Source: Oligoflexia bacterium (GTDB lineage: Bacteria > Bdellovibrionota > Bdellovibrionia > JABDDW01). From it: a DNA stretch of 64,000 bases. A program made the position numbers and the translations under genes. The notes below the pieces were generated by a model. That model saw only the letters and a program-made list of their open reading frames with translations, was not told the DNA's origin and searched no databases. Position 1 is the first letter of the stretch, and every line of letters begins with the position of its first letter. The DNA lies in assembly GCA_034439615.1 (NCBI GenBank), contig JAWXAT010000003.1, positions 51,973 to 115,972 of the forward strand, in the 5' to 3' direction. Below are positions 10,378 to 20,552 of the stretch, piece by piece.

Positions 10378-11166
10378 ATGAACTCACTTATGAAAAATCT
10401 CATTGCAGTGGTCATAGTTTCAATCGGAGCAGTCGCAATGGCTGCCAACAAAGGTAAAGTGCTCGAAGATCTTACTTGGAAAGAGGCTGAAAAGGCGCTG
10501 ACGCCACAGACGATCGTGGTCATTCCCCTAGGAGCCGCTGCTAAAGAACATGGCCCACATTTGAAACTCAAAAATGATTTCCTAATGGCGGAATATTTGA
10601 AAAAACGTGTGATCAAGAAGGCTAATGTGGTTATTGCGCCAACATTGAATTACGGGTTTTACCCTGCATTTCTGGACTACCCCGGTTCAACCCATTTAAG
10701 GTTAGAAACCGCACGCGACATGGTCGTGGACATTTGCAAGAGTCTCGCTCAACACGGCCCCAAAAAATTTTACGTGATCAATACGGGCGTTTCTACGCTA
10801 AAATCGCTGGCACCAGCGGCTGAGCTCTTGGCAAAGGAAGGGATTACTCTTCATTATACAAATATTCTTAAAGCAATGGAGCCTGTGGAAAAGGCCGTTC
10901 TGAAACAAGAGGGCGGAACCCATGCCGACGAAGGTGAGACGTCAATGATGCTGGTGATGGCTCCCGAATCCGTCGATATGAAGAAGGCCCAAAAGGATTA
11001 CCACCCAGGTGATGGGCCGCTTTCGCGAACAAAAAAAGAAGGCACCACATTCTCTGCATCGGGAATCTGGGGTGATGCGACTTTAGCCTCAAAAGCTAAA
11101 GTACTCGTCGAAGCGCTTGTTAAATCAATAATGACTGACATTCAAAATTTGGAAAATCTTCGGTGA
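10378..11166 (+). CDS. Creatininase (creatinine amidohydrolase) family protein with an N-terminal signal sequence
   Basis: PLGAAAKEHGPHLKLKND matches the creatininase-family metal-binding region (GSTEQHGPHLPL). Hydrophobic N-terminus. Confidence 0.7.
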   Translation: MNSLMKNLIAVVIVSIGAVAMAANKGKVLEDLTWKEAEKALTPQTIVVIPLGAAAKEHGPHLKLKNDFLMAEYLKKRVIKKANVVIAPTLNYGFYPAFLDYPGSTHLRLETARDMVVDICKSLAQHGPKKFYVINTGVSTLKSLAPAAELLAKEGITLHYTNILKAMEPVEKAVLKQEGGTHADEGETSMMLVMAPESVDMKKAQKDYHPGDGPLSRTKKEGTTFSASGIWGDATLASKAKVLVEALVKSIMTDIQNLENLR

Positions 11167-11302
11167 TAGTTTCATTGATCCCTAAGACAGGCAAATTCAT
11201 AACTTACAATATATTAAATCTAGCGCCTGAATCTTGATGGCCAAAGATAGGCTCTTTGAGTTTTGGATTCAATACAAAATCACTTGACCATATGTCTTAT
11301 TT

Positions 11303-11638
11303 ATGAGACATTACACCTGTATGATTACAAGCCTCCCTCAGTGCTCAAGAGAAATTGCTGACTTTCCTGAGGATATTAGGGGTGAGTTGGCCGATGCTTT
11401 GGCTCGATTGGATGAGGGCCATACTCTTTCGATGCCCTTATCACGGACCATGTCCTCTATAGGCAGGGGAGTTCATGAACTTAGGTTTCGAGATAGGGCC
11501 GGAATTTATAGAGTTATCTATGTTTTGATTGGTGGAGGAACAATTTATTTACTCCATGCATTTATGAAAAAGGCCAGCCAAACACCACAACCTAATATTG
11601 ATTTGGCAAAGAAACGATTGAAGGAGATTGGAAGATGA
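11303..11638 (+). CDS. Type II toxin, HigB/RelE-ParE superfamily (Gp49/HI1419-like killer protein)
   Basis: GVHELRFRDRAGIYRVIYV...GGTIYLLHAF resembles Gp49-like (TIGR02683-type) toxins. Overlaps by 4 nt with a downstream HTH gene, in toxin-first order. Confidence 0.65.
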   Translation: MRHYTCMITSLPQCSREIADFPEDIRGELADALARLDEGHTLSMPLSRTMSSIGRGVHELRFRDRAGIYRVIYVLIGGGTIYLLHAFMKKASQTPQPNIDLAKKRLKEIGR

Positions 11639-11922
11639 AACGTAAAAGCACTGGTTCAGAAATAGCAAAAATGGTTAGTATTTCTCAAGCTCGGGGTATG
11701 GAGGCTACTATTAAGGCTCAACTTATCACGGCTATTTTGGCAACCATCCAAAAAAAGAAACTCACCCATGTGCAGGTTGCTAAATTAGCGAAACTTCCCC
11801 GAAGTGCCGTTACAGGGATTCTCTCGGGTAGTTTGCAAAAGGTCACTATTGACCGCGTATTAAGACTTATTGAAGCTGTTGGGCTTATTGCTGAGGTTCG
11901 TGTTAAGAATTCAGCCGCATAG
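11635..11922 (+). CDS. HigA-like HTH antitoxin (HI1420-type addiction-module antidote, XRE-like)
   Basis: 95-aa protein with an HTH (LTHVQVAKLAKLPRSAVTGI). Translationally coupled to the upstream toxin gene. Confidence 0.65.
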   Translation: MKRKSTGSEIAKMVSISQARGMEATIKAQLITAILATIQKKKLTHVQVAKLAKLPRSAVTGILSGSLQKVTIDRVLRLIEAVGLIAEVRVKNSAA

Positions 11923-12060
11923 ATTTTTTATTTGGAATTATGGACAACGGCACAGAAGCTGCTAATAAATCTTTGACTATCTCGAAAGAGCATACTGAAT
12001 TAATTTAGGAGCATTTGTGCAAAAGAAATTGACGGTTTTGAGTCTTGGGAAGAAAAAAAA

Positions 12061-12150
12061 TGGAGGAGAGAGAGGGATTTGAACCCTCGAAACGCTTTCG
12101 CGTTTACACGATTTCCAATCGGGCGCCTTCAACCACTCGGCCACCTCTCC
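12061..12150 (-). tRNA. tRNA-Ser (anticodon GGA), class II with long variable arm, CCA encoded
   Basis: Reverse complement ggagagg tg gccgagtggttgaaggc ... ttGGAaa ... long variable stem-loop (aaacgc gaaa gcgttt) ... gagggttcaaatccctc tctctcc t cca. The 7-bp acceptor stem pairs cleanly. Close to E. coli tRNA-Ser. Confidence 0.9.
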
Positions 12151-12313
12151 GTTATCTGAACAGACGTCTGTGAGTAGCATAAAATCTCAGTGATTTCCAA
12201 ATTTTGTGTACCCTTTGGCTATTTTCTAAGCTCATTTGTTTGATTTTAATTAAAAACCCTAAAACTGGGCTTTTTAAGTTGCCTGGCTTTTAGTTTTCAG
12301 CCAAACATGCGCC

Positions 12314-13759
12314 ATGATTAGCTCCCTTGCACTTGTTGTTGTTATCGTTATTGATCAATTCCGTATGGATGAATATTTCCGAATTAAATCTAAATTAAGC
12401 AAATCAGGATTAGTACGGCTTTTAGATCAAGGTATTTTGTACGATGACGCTCATCACAGTCAGTTTTTTAATGTCACTTGCCCCGGTCATGTAGCTATCT
12501 CAACGGGTTCTGACCCAGGCCTTCATGGGATCATGTTTAATTTTGATTATGATAAGAAATTAAAAAAAGACACTTATTGTACAGCTGATGTTGATAACGA
12601 ATGGCTCGAAGCTGCGGCTGATAACAGCAAAGGCAATTTAGCTTTAGGCACAAGTGCTAAGCGCATTCTCACCACCACCGTAGGTGATGAAATGAAAATG
12701 CTTTGGAAAGATGACTCCAAAGTAGTGTCTGTCTCAGCAAAAGATCGTGCTGCAATTGCGCTGGCGGGTCATGCGGGTGACGGCGTTTACTGGTATGCAC
12801 CTAAGTCAAATATTTGGACAACCAGTACAGCATATTCTGCCTCAAAAGAATTGCCTACGTGGCTTAAAACCTTGAATAAAAAAATCAACGGCAGAAAAGC
12901 GCCACCTGATGGTGGTTACATTCAAAGTTTAGACGCAATTATTGATACGACAGATATAGCACTGGCTGCGGCAGATGCATTTCAATTAGGAAAACACAAA
13001 AAAACAGATGCCCTATGGGTGAGTTATTCCACACATGATTATGTCTCTCACCACTACGGAGATGATACCAAAGAACTTGAAAAAGCATTTATTGTTGAAG
13101 ATCAAAATATCGGGCGTCTTGTTTCTGAATTGCAAAAAAAAATCGGCAATAAAAAATTAATCGTTGTAGTCACCGGTGATCATGGGGCGGGCGTTGATAT
13201 TAAAAAACACCAAAAACAAAATATTCCGGGTGGGAAAGTCGATTTTGATAAAGAAAAAGCCAGAATTAATAAATGTCTAAATCTTTCTGGTGTTGGTTCT
13301 GTCGGATTCCTCGGCACTTCCTCTATTCATTTGTCAGATACGGTGAAGCAAGAAGATTTAGTAGACGCCCGTAAAAAGGCAAAGCAATGTTTGATCGCTG
13401 ATGGTTCAATTTGGAGTGCCTTTACTCGGGATGAAATTTTATCCAATCAATATCCTCAAGTCCCTTGGCTTAAGAGTTTGGCAAAATCGTATAACCCTGC
13501 GCGAGGCCCAGATGTGGTGGGAGTTTTGAATCCTTATTGGAATTCCAGTGATGACAATACCATTTCTCATGAAACATCGTATGACTATGACAGTTGGGTA
13601 CCGCTTGCAGTATGGTGGCCCGGTGTGAAGCCCCGTAAAATACATCGACGTGTAGATATCACAAGCCTTGCACCCACATTGTCTCGCATTCTTGAAACCC
13701 GTAGACCCAGCGGTGCTACCTATGAATTGTTAACCGAGGTTCTCGACGCCACCCATTGA
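12314..13759 (+). CDS. Alkaline phosphatase superfamily, nucleotide pyrophosphatase/phosphodiesterase (NPP) family protein
   Basis: VIVIDQFRMDEY and FNVTCPGHVAISTGSDPGLHGIMFN match the NPP / type I phosphodiesterase metal-site motifs. Confidence 0.7.
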   Translation: MISSLALVVVIVIDQFRMDEYFRIKSKLSKSGLVRLLDQGILYDDAHHSQFFNVTCPGHVAISTGSDPGLHGIMFNFDYDKKLKKDTYCTADVDNEWLEAAADNSKGNLALGTSAKRILTTTVGDEMKMLWKDDSKVVSVSAKDRAAIALAGHAGDGVYWYAPKSNIWTTSTAYSASKELPTWLKTLNKKINGRKAPPDGGYIQSLDAIIDTTDIALAAADAFQLGKHKKTDALWVSYSTHDYVSHHYGDDTKELEKAFIVEDQNIGRLVSELQKKIGNKKLIVVVTGDHGAGVDIKKHQKQNIPGGKVDFDKEKARINKCLNLSGVGSVGFLGTSSIHLSDTVKQEDLVDARKKAKQCLIADGSIWSAFTRDEILSNQYPQVPWLKSLAKSYNPARGPDVVGVLNPYWNSSDDNTISHETSYDYDSWVPLAVWWPGVKPRKIHRRVDITSLAPTLSRILETRRPSGATYELLTEVLDATH

Positions 13760-13791
13760 CATCAAGCATATTTCGGCTGAAAGTCATATTT

Positions 13792-14943
13792 ATGGAAATC
13801 CTGCATTTTTGCCCATCAAGAAGTTACTCGGGTCTTGAGCAATACGCATTTCAAATGGCCGCAGAACAAAAGAAAAAAGGCAAGAGTGTTGCCTTTGTTG
13901 TGTTTCCTGGATCAAAGCTTGAAGAAGAATGCAAAAAAGCAGGTCTTCAAGTCATTCCGTATGATTTTCATCCAGCTCTTGCGCCTATAAAATTTTGGTG
14001 GAAGCTTAAACGTGTTTTTGACAGCTCACCTGAGCTTTCAGTTATTCATCTTCATTCCACACAAGAGATTTTTCATATCTACGGAGCCATGATTTATCGT
14101 AAGTTTTTTCGATTTGCGTTCAAGAGTGTTAAACCTCCTAAAATTATTTTGCAAATTCATATTTGGCTCAATCACCGGAAGCAAGATCCATTTCATACTG
14201 CCCTATATTCTTTGGTCGATGAAGTCTGGTGCAGCAGTGGCTCGGCAAAAGAAGCGTTGATAAAAAATCTGCCTGTGAGCCCCTCTAAAATTCGCATCGT
14301 AAATTATGGCCGTGATATCGAAAAAACAGAAAATGGTTTTTTAACTCAAGAAAAGGCCAGAGAGGAATTAAAACTTCCTCAAAATGTTGTGATCTTTGGA
14401 ACCGTCAGTCGCCTTGAGGAATCAAAGGGAATAAAAGAGTTTTTAGAAGGGGGAATTGAGTTTTTGCGCAAACACCCACAAGTGCATTTAGCTATTATTG
14501 GTGGAGCAAGTCCCAATAATCCCGAAGCTGAAAAATACACCCAAGAGTTAAATCAGATGGTGGATGTTCTTGAGAATGCAAATCGTAGCCGCATTCATTT
14601 TTTGGGAACAGTTCATGATTCATATAAATATTTAAAAGCTTTAGATGTGTACGTACTTCCAAGTTATGAAGAGTGTTTTTCTTTGGCACTTCTTGATGCT
14701 CAATTAGCCGCATTGCCAGTTGCCGGCACACAAAGCGGTGGAACACCTGAGATTGTATGCGAGGGAGAAACAGGATGGCTCTTTAAACCTCGTGATGCAA
14801 AAGCGTTAAATGTAAAAATGGAAGTTGCTCTGACCATTCAAGATCAATGGCCCACCTTCGGCGCTCGCGCCAAAGCCCGCGTGAAAAAAGATTTTGATCA
14901 AGCGCAGATTTTTGATCAAATTTTAAATTATTATAAACATTAA
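13792..14943 (+). CDS. Glycosyltransferase family 4 (GT-B fold)
   Basis: C-terminal GT4 motif ...YVLPSYEECFSLALLDAQLAALPVAGTQSGGTPEIV...ETGWLF. ATG 13792 preferred as start; track start 13756 overlaps the upstream gene. Confidence 0.75.
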   Translation: MEILHFCPSRSYSGLEQYAFQMAAEQKKKGKSVAFVVFPGSKLEEECKKAGLQVIPYDFHPALAPIKFWWKLKRVFDSSPELSVIHLHSTQEIFHIYGAMIYRKFFRFAFKSVKPPKIILQIHIWLNHRKQDPFHTALYSLVDEVWCSSGSAKEALIKNLPVSPSKIRIVNYGRDIEKTENGFLTQEKAREELKLPQNVVIFGTVSRLEESKGIKEFLEGGIEFLRKHPQVHLAIIGGASPNNPEAEKYTQELNQMVDVLENANRSRIHFLGTVHDSYKYLKALDVYVLPSYEECFSLALLDAQLAALPVAGTQSGGTPEIVCEGETGWLFKPRDAKALNVKMEVALTIQDQWPTFGARAKARVKKDFDQAQIFDQILNYYKH

Positions 14944-14993
14944 AAAATCAAAATAGAAGACCAAGGCTTAAAATGACGGTTTTTTGTCATCAT

Positions 14994-15812
14994 TTATTGA
15001 ATGCTTGATGACTGCTGAAGTCCATTTTCTGTGCGGGCAACGCCGCGTTTGACGAGTTCGTCGAGGCGTTCTTGATTGGCGAGATCTTTTGTCTGCGTTT
15101 TATGCCAGAGGTGATATTGTAGAGCTTCGCCTTTAACGCTTTTCATTTTTAAACCTAAAAATTTCAAACGGTATTCAACATCTGAATCTTCACCATAAGC
15201 ACCGGAGAAATCATTTCCAAAACCGTTAATGGCAATGAGGTGTTTTTTGTGAACGCTGAAATTACAGCCGCGAATATCGTGGACCGTTGTTTGGTCGAAA
15301 AGCCCTAGTAGAAACTTTGGAGTTTTAAAAAATCTCCAGAATTTATAAGTTTCACCAGCGATAGAATCCCACAAAAGATAAAAAGGCATTTTCTCTAAAT
15401 AACCTGCTGCAATTCTCTCTGCGGTTAAATAATCAGCAGCTGATTTTGAAAGCTCAACGCGACGCCCGGTGAGAAATGCTTTTTCATCGGCCATTTCTTT
15501 ATGAGCCAAGATAAAGTCTTTGTGCAAAACCACATCACCGTCGATAAAAACCATGTATTCATGCTCTGAAGCTAAAACGGCTTTGTTCAGCGCAAGTGGT
15601 TTTCTGTTTCCAATATCTTTTTGAGTAATGTGGTTGATTGGAATATTTAATTTTTTACGCCATTCATCTACAAGCTTCTTATTATCGGCAAACTCGCCAT
15701 CTTCGGTGATGATGAGTTGGTCAGGCATCAAAGATTGTCTTTTAACAGATTCTAAAACGCGATTGAGAAAGTCTGTTGATTTATAAATAGCGATGCTGAG
15801 AGAAATTTTCAT
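14994..15812 (-). CDS. Glycosyltransferase family 2 (LPS / core-type)
   Basis: MKISLSIAIYKSTDFLNRVLESVKRQS...DGDV has the GT2 N-terminal Rossmann/DxD pattern. Confidence 0.7.
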   Translation of the reverse strand: MKISLSIAIYKSTDFLNRVLESVKRQSLMPDQLIITEDGEFADNKKLVDEWRKKLNIPINHITQKDIGNRKPLALNKAVLASEHEYMVFIDGDVVLHKDFILAHKEMADEKAFLTGRRVELSKSAADYLTAERIAAGYLEKMPFYLLWDSIAGETYKFWRFFKTPKFLLGLFDQTTVHDIRGCNFSVHKKHLIAINGFGNDFSGAYGEDSDVEYRLKFLGLKMKSVKGEALQYHLWHKTQTKDLANQERLDELVKRGVARTENGLQQSSSIQ

Positions 15813-16372
15813 AAGTTTTTTTGTTTAAATTCTGAAATTGTCATTAATTTTTGATCGCGATCTGAAATAATAGGATTATCTACGGGCCATTTGATTCCTA
15901 GCTCTGGGGCATTCCATAAAATTCCAGCTTCGCCTTTTGGATTATATACCGTATCGACTTTATACAAAACATCAGCGGGCTCGGACCCCATTACGCAAAA
16001 TCCATGGGCAAAACCTGCTGGAATATATAAAAGTCGTCCATTTTCAGCGCCAAGTTCAATGCCGATATGTTTTAAAAATGTGGGCGAGTTTTTTCTGATA
16101 TCAACGACAACATCCCAAATTTTTCCGCGTGTTACGCCAACAACTTTTTCTTGTACGGGTTCAAATTGGAAATGAAGTCCACGCAAGACTCCAGCCTTTG
16201 AAAAAGAATGGTTATCTTGAACGAAATTATAAGGAACACCGTGTTCTTTAAATTTCTCAGAATTAAAACGCTCAATAAAATAACCCCTCGAATCTGAAAA
16301 CACTTTCAGCTCAATAAGTTTTAGGCCTTCTAATTCTAGATTTGATACTTTCAACTTAAATGCTCCATACAA
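15809..16372 (-). CDS. rfbC: dTDP-4-dehydrorhamnose 3,5-epimerase
   Basis: 187 aa. FSDSRGYFIERF...HGFCV are RmlC cupin motifs. Lies in an operon with rfbD and rfbA. Confidence 0.9.
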   Translation of the reverse strand: MYGAFKLKVSNLELEGLKLIELKVFSDSRGYFIERFNSEKFKEHGVPYNFVQDNHSFSKAGVLRGLHFQFEPVQEKVVGVTRGKIWDVVVDIRKNSPTFLKHIGIELGAENGRLLYIPAGFAHGFCVMGSEPADVLYKVDTVYNPKGEAGILWNAPELGIKWPVDNPIISDRDQKLMTISEFKQKNL

Positions 16373-17253
16373 GCTTTTACGGCTTGATCCCAGGGGCGTA
16401 ACTTCACTCCCAAGATTTTATTTAACTTTGCCATGTCTAAACGTGAGTTAAGGGGCCGAACCACTGGGTTTTTATAGTCCTTCGTACTCACGGGCTTTAC
16501 CATTTTTACCTTGAGTGGAATATTCTTGTCCATGGCGCATTTAAATATTTCCTGGGCAAATCCGTGCCATGTGGTTTCGCCCTCATTACACATATGAAAA
16601 ATCCCTCGGGAGAATTCTTTAAGTCCATTTAATTTTATAATGGCGTCTAATGTGCCCATGGCCAAATCATTGGCATATGTTGGGGCGCCCCATTGATCGT
16701 TGATAACTTGTAATTCTTCGCGTTCCTGACCAAATTTCAGCATGGTGCGTAGAAAGTTTTTACCAGATTCATCATAGACCCATGATGTTCTAAAAATTAT
16801 CCACTTATCCCCAATCTCTGAGATGAGTTTTTCACCTCGAACTTTAGAGCGCCCGTAGGCATTCAAAGGGTTTGTTGAAAGATCTTCTGTGGCAGGCGAT
16901 GTGTGAGTTCCGTCAAAAACGTAATCTGTGGAGTAGCTAATAAAAGAAGCGTTATTCTCTGCACACCATTTAGCCATGATTCGAGGTGTGTCACCATTGA
17001 CGATGTTCGCGAGATCTTCTTCAGTTTCAGCCCGGGCCACATCTGTATAAGCTGCGGTGTTAATAACCCACTGAGGTTGATGCTTATATAAAACTTCGGC
17101 CACAGTTTTTGGTTTTGTTAGATCAAATTCTGAACGAGTAAGGGCTACGACTTCGACTTCGACTTTTTGATTATTGAGTGTGGATTGTTTGCCAAAAGCT
17201 GTAACGAGAGCTTTTCCTAATTGTCCCGTCGATCCTGTGACGAGAATTTTCAT
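16351..17253 (-). CDS. rfbD: dTDP-4-dehydrorhamnose reductase
   Basis: [19 protein letters not shown](P)-binding N-terminus. 300 aa. RmlD-like. Confidence 0.88.
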   Translation of the reverse strand: MKILVTGSTGQLGKALVTAFGKQSTLNNQKVEVEVVALTRSEFDLTKPKTVAEVLYKHQPQWVINTAAYTDVARAETEEDLANIVNGDTPRIMAKWCAENNASFISYSTDYVFDGTHTSPATEDLSTNPLNAYGRSKVRGEKLISEIGDKWIIFRTSWVYDESGKNFLRTMLKFGQEREELQVINDQWGAPTYANDLAMGTLDAIIKLNGLKEFSRGIFHMCNEGETTWHGFAQEIFKCAMDKNIPLKVKMVKPVSTKDYKNPVVRPLNSRLDMAKLNKILGVKLRPWDQAVKACMEHLS

Positions 17254-18113
17254 TCAAGTAGCCTTCTTAAATAATCGCCGTAAGAACTTTTTGGATATTT
17301 CTCAGCAATGGCTTCTAATTGTGTGCGATTGATAAAACCTTTGCTAAAAGCAATTTCTTCTAAACAGGCAATTTGTAAACCTTGTCGTTTTTCTAAAGTC
17401 TGAACAAATTGCGCCGCAGATAAAAGTGAATCAGCTGAACCTGTATCAAGCCAAGCCACTCCTCGACCCAAAAGTTTTACGTTTAATTTACCTTTTTGAA
17501 GATAGGCTTTGTTAACATCAGTGATTTCTAATTCACCGCGAGCTGAAGGTTTAAGATTTTTTGCAATCTCAACACAGGTTTTATCGTAGAAATAAATTCC
17601 TGTAACAGCCCATTTAGATTTTGGAACTTTTGGTTTTTCTTCTAAACTCAGGGCTTTTCCATTTCCGTCAAAATCTACAACGCCGTATTTTTCAGGATCT
17701 TGTACTTGATAGGCAAATACACACGCACCGTCTTTTAACTTAGATGATTCATCAAGGAGTAAAGTCATCTCATGACCGTAGAAAATATTATCGCCCAAAA
17801 TTAAACAAACTGAATCATTGCCGATAAAATCAGCGCCGATGGTTAGTGCTTGTGCGATGCCCGCGGGTTTTGCTTGTTCTTCATATGAAAGTTTAAGGCC
17901 AATTTCACTTCCATCGCCTAAAAGATCACGAATGCGAGGAAGATCTCGAGGTGTGCTGATGATGAGAATTTCTTTGATTCCAGCTAGCATCAAATTCGAT
18001 AACGGATAATAAATTGTAGGTTTATCGTACACAGGAAGGAGTTGTTTACTCACGGTGAGTGTGAGTGGGTAAAGCCTTGTGCCACTTCCGCCAGCTAATA
18101 ATATGCCCTTCAT
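17250..18113 (-). CDS. rfbA: Glucose-1-phosphate thymidylyltransferase
   Basis: [18 protein letters not shown]...[10 protein letters not shown] is the canonical RmlA N-terminus. 287 aa. Confidence 0.93.
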   Translation of the reverse strand: MKGILLAGGSGTRLYPLTLTVSKQLLPVYDKPTIYYPLSNLMLAGIKEILIISTPRDLPRIRDLLGDGSEIGLKLSYEEQAKPAGIAQALTIGADFIGNDSVCLILGDNIFYGHEMTLLLDESSKLKDGACVFAYQVQDPEKYGVVDFDGNGKALSLEEKPKVPKSKWAVTGIYFYDKTCVEIAKNLKPSARGELEITDVNKAYLQKGKLNVKLLGRGVAWLDTGSADSLLSAAQFVQTLEKRQGLQIACLEEIAFSKGFINRTQLEAIAEKYPKSSYGDYLRRLLE

Positions 18114-18233
18114 GCCTTAAATCCTCGCTTCAATAAATATGATCTAAAATAGATGTTTTGTGAGTAGCATAAACTTTACTTTAGGTCTACTTTTTCACTT
18201 GGCTTTCCGCGGTGGTTTGGAGAGATTGTAGAT

Positions 18234-19058
18234 ATGTCGGAAACCAAAATTTCAGCTTTTATAATATGTAAAAACGAAGAGGGTGTTATTGAAAACGCTC
18301 TTAAAAGCCTCACTTGGGCTGATGAAATCATCGTTGTAGACGGGGAGAGCACAGATAATACTCAAGCTATTGCTCGAAAATATACGGATAAGGTTTTTAT
18401 TCGAGGTTGGACTAATTTCGGTGAGCAAAGAAATTTCGCCCTCAATCACACAAAACACCCGTGGGTTTTCTTTTTAGATGCCGATGAAGTGTGTTCCGTT
18501 GATCTTATAAATTGGCTTACAAATTTTAAGAAAAAAGGAGAAGAGTGGGCCGAGCGCACGGCGATTTTTACTCCAAGTGTTCATCCATTAGGAGAGCCTA
18601 AAACCCCGCGCGTAGATCTCTATGAAATTAGAAGGTGGGAACATTTTCGCGGCCAGCTTTACCGCTATGGTGCTGCAAACCCATCTCATCAATGGCGATT
18701 TTTTCGCCGAGAAGGCGCAAATTTCACCGGCGAAGTTCATGAATACCCGGTGGTGCAAGGTCGCATCTTAAGGATTGAATTCCCAATTTATCATTACCCA
18801 CGCGCAACACTTGCTCAAATGATGGATAAAATGAATCGCTACTCAACACTTGAAGCGGAGCAATTATTCAAGCGCGGTGTAAAACACGGCCCCAGCTACA
18901 TGCTGTTTTCAGGCTTGGCCCAATTCTCAAAAGCATTTTTCAGAAAACGCGGTTTTCGCGACGGAACGTTAGGTTTTATTTTAGCTGTTCTTGAAGCAAG
19001 CGGATTTTTCTTACGCCAGGCGAAACTGTATTTAAAAAATCAAAAACTTACAAAGTGA
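18234..19058 (+). CDS. Glycosyltransferase family 2 (KdtX/WaaE-like LPS core glycosyltransferase)
   Basis: ISAFIICKNEEGVIENALKSL...IIVVDGESTDNT matches the GT2 family. Confidence 0.7.
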   Translation: MSETKISAFIICKNEEGVIENALKSLTWADEIIVVDGESTDNTQAIARKYTDKVFIRGWTNFGEQRNFALNHTKHPWVFFLDADEVCSVDLINWLTNFKKKGEEWAERTAIFTPSVHPLGEPKTPRVDLYEIRRWEHFRGQLYRYGAANPSHQWRFFRREGANFTGEVHEYPVVQGRILRIEFPIYHYPRATLAQMMDKMNRYSTLEAEQLFKRGVKHGPSYMLFSGLAQFSKAFFRKRGFRDGTLGFILAVLEASGFFLRQAKLYLKNQKLTK

Positions 19059-19064
19059 TAAGTT

Positions 19065-19571
19065 TCATAGCAACCCTCTTTTCTTCGCAAAAAATTCTTT
19101 CAAAACTCTCGAACACTCAGCTTCACAAACTCCACTCAACACTTTAGGTCTGTGATTCAATCGCTCATCTTTCAAAATGCCATAAAGTGAATCAACAGCT
19201 CCAGCTTTTGGATCCCTTGTTCCATACACTACGCGACTCACGCGTGACAAAACAATGGCTCCCGCGCACATTACGCAAGGTTCGAGAGTCACATACAAAG
19301 TACAGCCCGTGAGTCGCCAACGACCTAATTTCAATGCCGCGGCTTGAAGAGCCAAAAGCTCCCCATGGCCTACGGGGTTTTTCCCACTTTCACGAATGTT
19401 ATAGGCCTCAGCCACGATTTCAGGAGTCTGTAATAAAGTTCCAGTCACAGGGTCATGATCCAAAACGACCAGTGCCCCGATGGGAACCTCATCTATAGAA
19501 GCCGCTTCCTGAGCCAGTTCTAGGGCGCGAAGCATAAAGTCTTGATCGGTTTTAGAAGCTTGTGAATCCAT
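19065..19571 (-). CDS. tadA: tRNA-specific adenosine deaminase
   Basis: HGELLALQAA (HAE) and VTLEPCVMCAGA (PCxxC) are CDA-fold zinc-ligand motifs. 168 aa. Confidence 0.9.
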   Translation of the reverse strand: MDSQASKTDQDFMLRALELAQEAASIDEVPIGALVVLDHDPVTGTLLQTPEIVAEAYNIRESGKNPVGHGELLALQAAALKLGRWRLTGCTLYVTLEPCVMCAGAIVLSRVSRVVYGTRDPKAGAVDSLYGILKDERLNHRPKVLSGVCEAECSRVLKEFFAKKRGLL

Positions 19572-19732
19572 AGGAATCTCTATAGTCTAGAGCCCAATAA
19601 ATTGACAAAGCATATTATGGCTGGTAGCTACAATAGGCTTTATAAACAGCTTAAAAAGCTCTAAACTTTGCGATCAAGTTACTGAGGTGACTGGTGAGCA
19701 AACAAATGACTCTTGGAAAGGGGTGATGTTTC

Positions 19733-19936
19733 GTGCCCGGAATTAAAATTCGCGATGGTGAAAGTTTTGAAGGTGCTATGCGCCGATTCAAAAAACAGTG
19801 TGAAAAAGGCGGAATTCTCTCTGAAATTAAAAAAAGAGAGCATTACGAAAAACCAAGCGTGCGATTAAAGAAAAAGTCGATCGCGGCGCGTAAACGCAAT
19901 TTGAAAAAATTGCGAAAAAGCCTGGAGACCCCCTAA
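19733..19936 (+). CDS. rpsU: 30S ribosomal protein S21
   Basis: GTG start. [42 protein letters not shown] aligns with E. coli S21. RBS ggaaagggg upstream. Confidence 0.92.
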   Translation: MPGIKIRDGESFEGAMRRFKKQCEKGGILSEIKKREHYEKPSVRLKKKSIAARKRNLKKLRKSLETP

Positions 19937-20416
19937 GTGTCATTGAAAAAAAAATTGATGGACGACCTTAAAGCGTCCATGAAAAATGGTGATAAGCTTC
20001 GTCTCTCAGTTATTCGCATGGTTCAGTCAACGCTCAAAAATAAAGAGATCGACGATCGTGTGAAGCCTGAAGATCCAAATGATAAGCGCACCCCAGAACA
20101 GCGCGATGATGAAAACGTCTTAGCTGTTTTTAAAACTCTACTCAAGCAACGTAAGGATTCTATCGAGCAGTTCGCTGCCGGTGGACGTCAAGACTTGGTT
20201 GATCAAGAAACAGCAGAAATGAAGATCATTGAATCTTATCTTCCTCAACAAATGGGGCGAGAAGAGATTGAAAAGATCGTCACAGAAGCTGTGAGTTCTG
20301 CGGGTGCTACATCAGCAAAAGAAATGGGTGCAGTCATGAAAATTGTAATGGCTAAAACTCAAGGTCGTGCTGACGGAAAACTTATTAGCGAATTGGTAAA
20401 GGCTAAGCTTCAATAA
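19937..20416 (+). CDS. GatB/YqeY domain protein
   Basis: MSLKKKLMDDLKASMKNGDKLRLSVIRMV is typical of the YqeY family. Sits between rpsU and dnaG. Confidence 0.85.
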   Translation: MSLKKKLMDDLKASMKNGDKLRLSVIRMVQSTLKNKEIDDRVKPEDPNDKRTPEQRDDENVLAVFKTLLKQRKDSIEQFAAGGRQDLVDQETAEMKIIESYLPQQMGREEIEKIVTEAVSSAGATSAKEMGAVMKIVMAKTQGRADGKLISELVKAKLQ

Positions 20417-20483
20417 AAAGATATTTGAAATGAATGTCTTTTGATGCCCAGGGAATTAATAAACTAAGAATAAGCAACAAGGG

Positions 20484-20524
20484 GCTCTGATGGTTACAAA
20501 TCGTCAGAGCTCTTTTTATTTTTC
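20484..20524 (+). terminator. Rho-independent terminator / attenuator between yqeY and dnaG
   Basis: Stem gctctgatg / cgtcagagc with loop gttacaaat, followed by tctttttattttt. Confidence 0.55.
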
Positions 20525-20552
20525 GGGTAACTTTTGGTAGGGGATTTTTAGT

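Noticed and set aside
12061-12150. Checked whether the tRNA near selD-containing DNA could be tRNA-Sec
   Set aside because: The anticodon is GGA (Ser), not UCA, and the acceptor stem is 7 bp. It is an ordinary tRNA-Ser, about 40 kb from selD.
11977-12180. ORF 11977..12180 (-), 67 aa
   Set aside because: It overlaps the tRNA-Ser gene and the translation is just the tRNA sequence read as protein.
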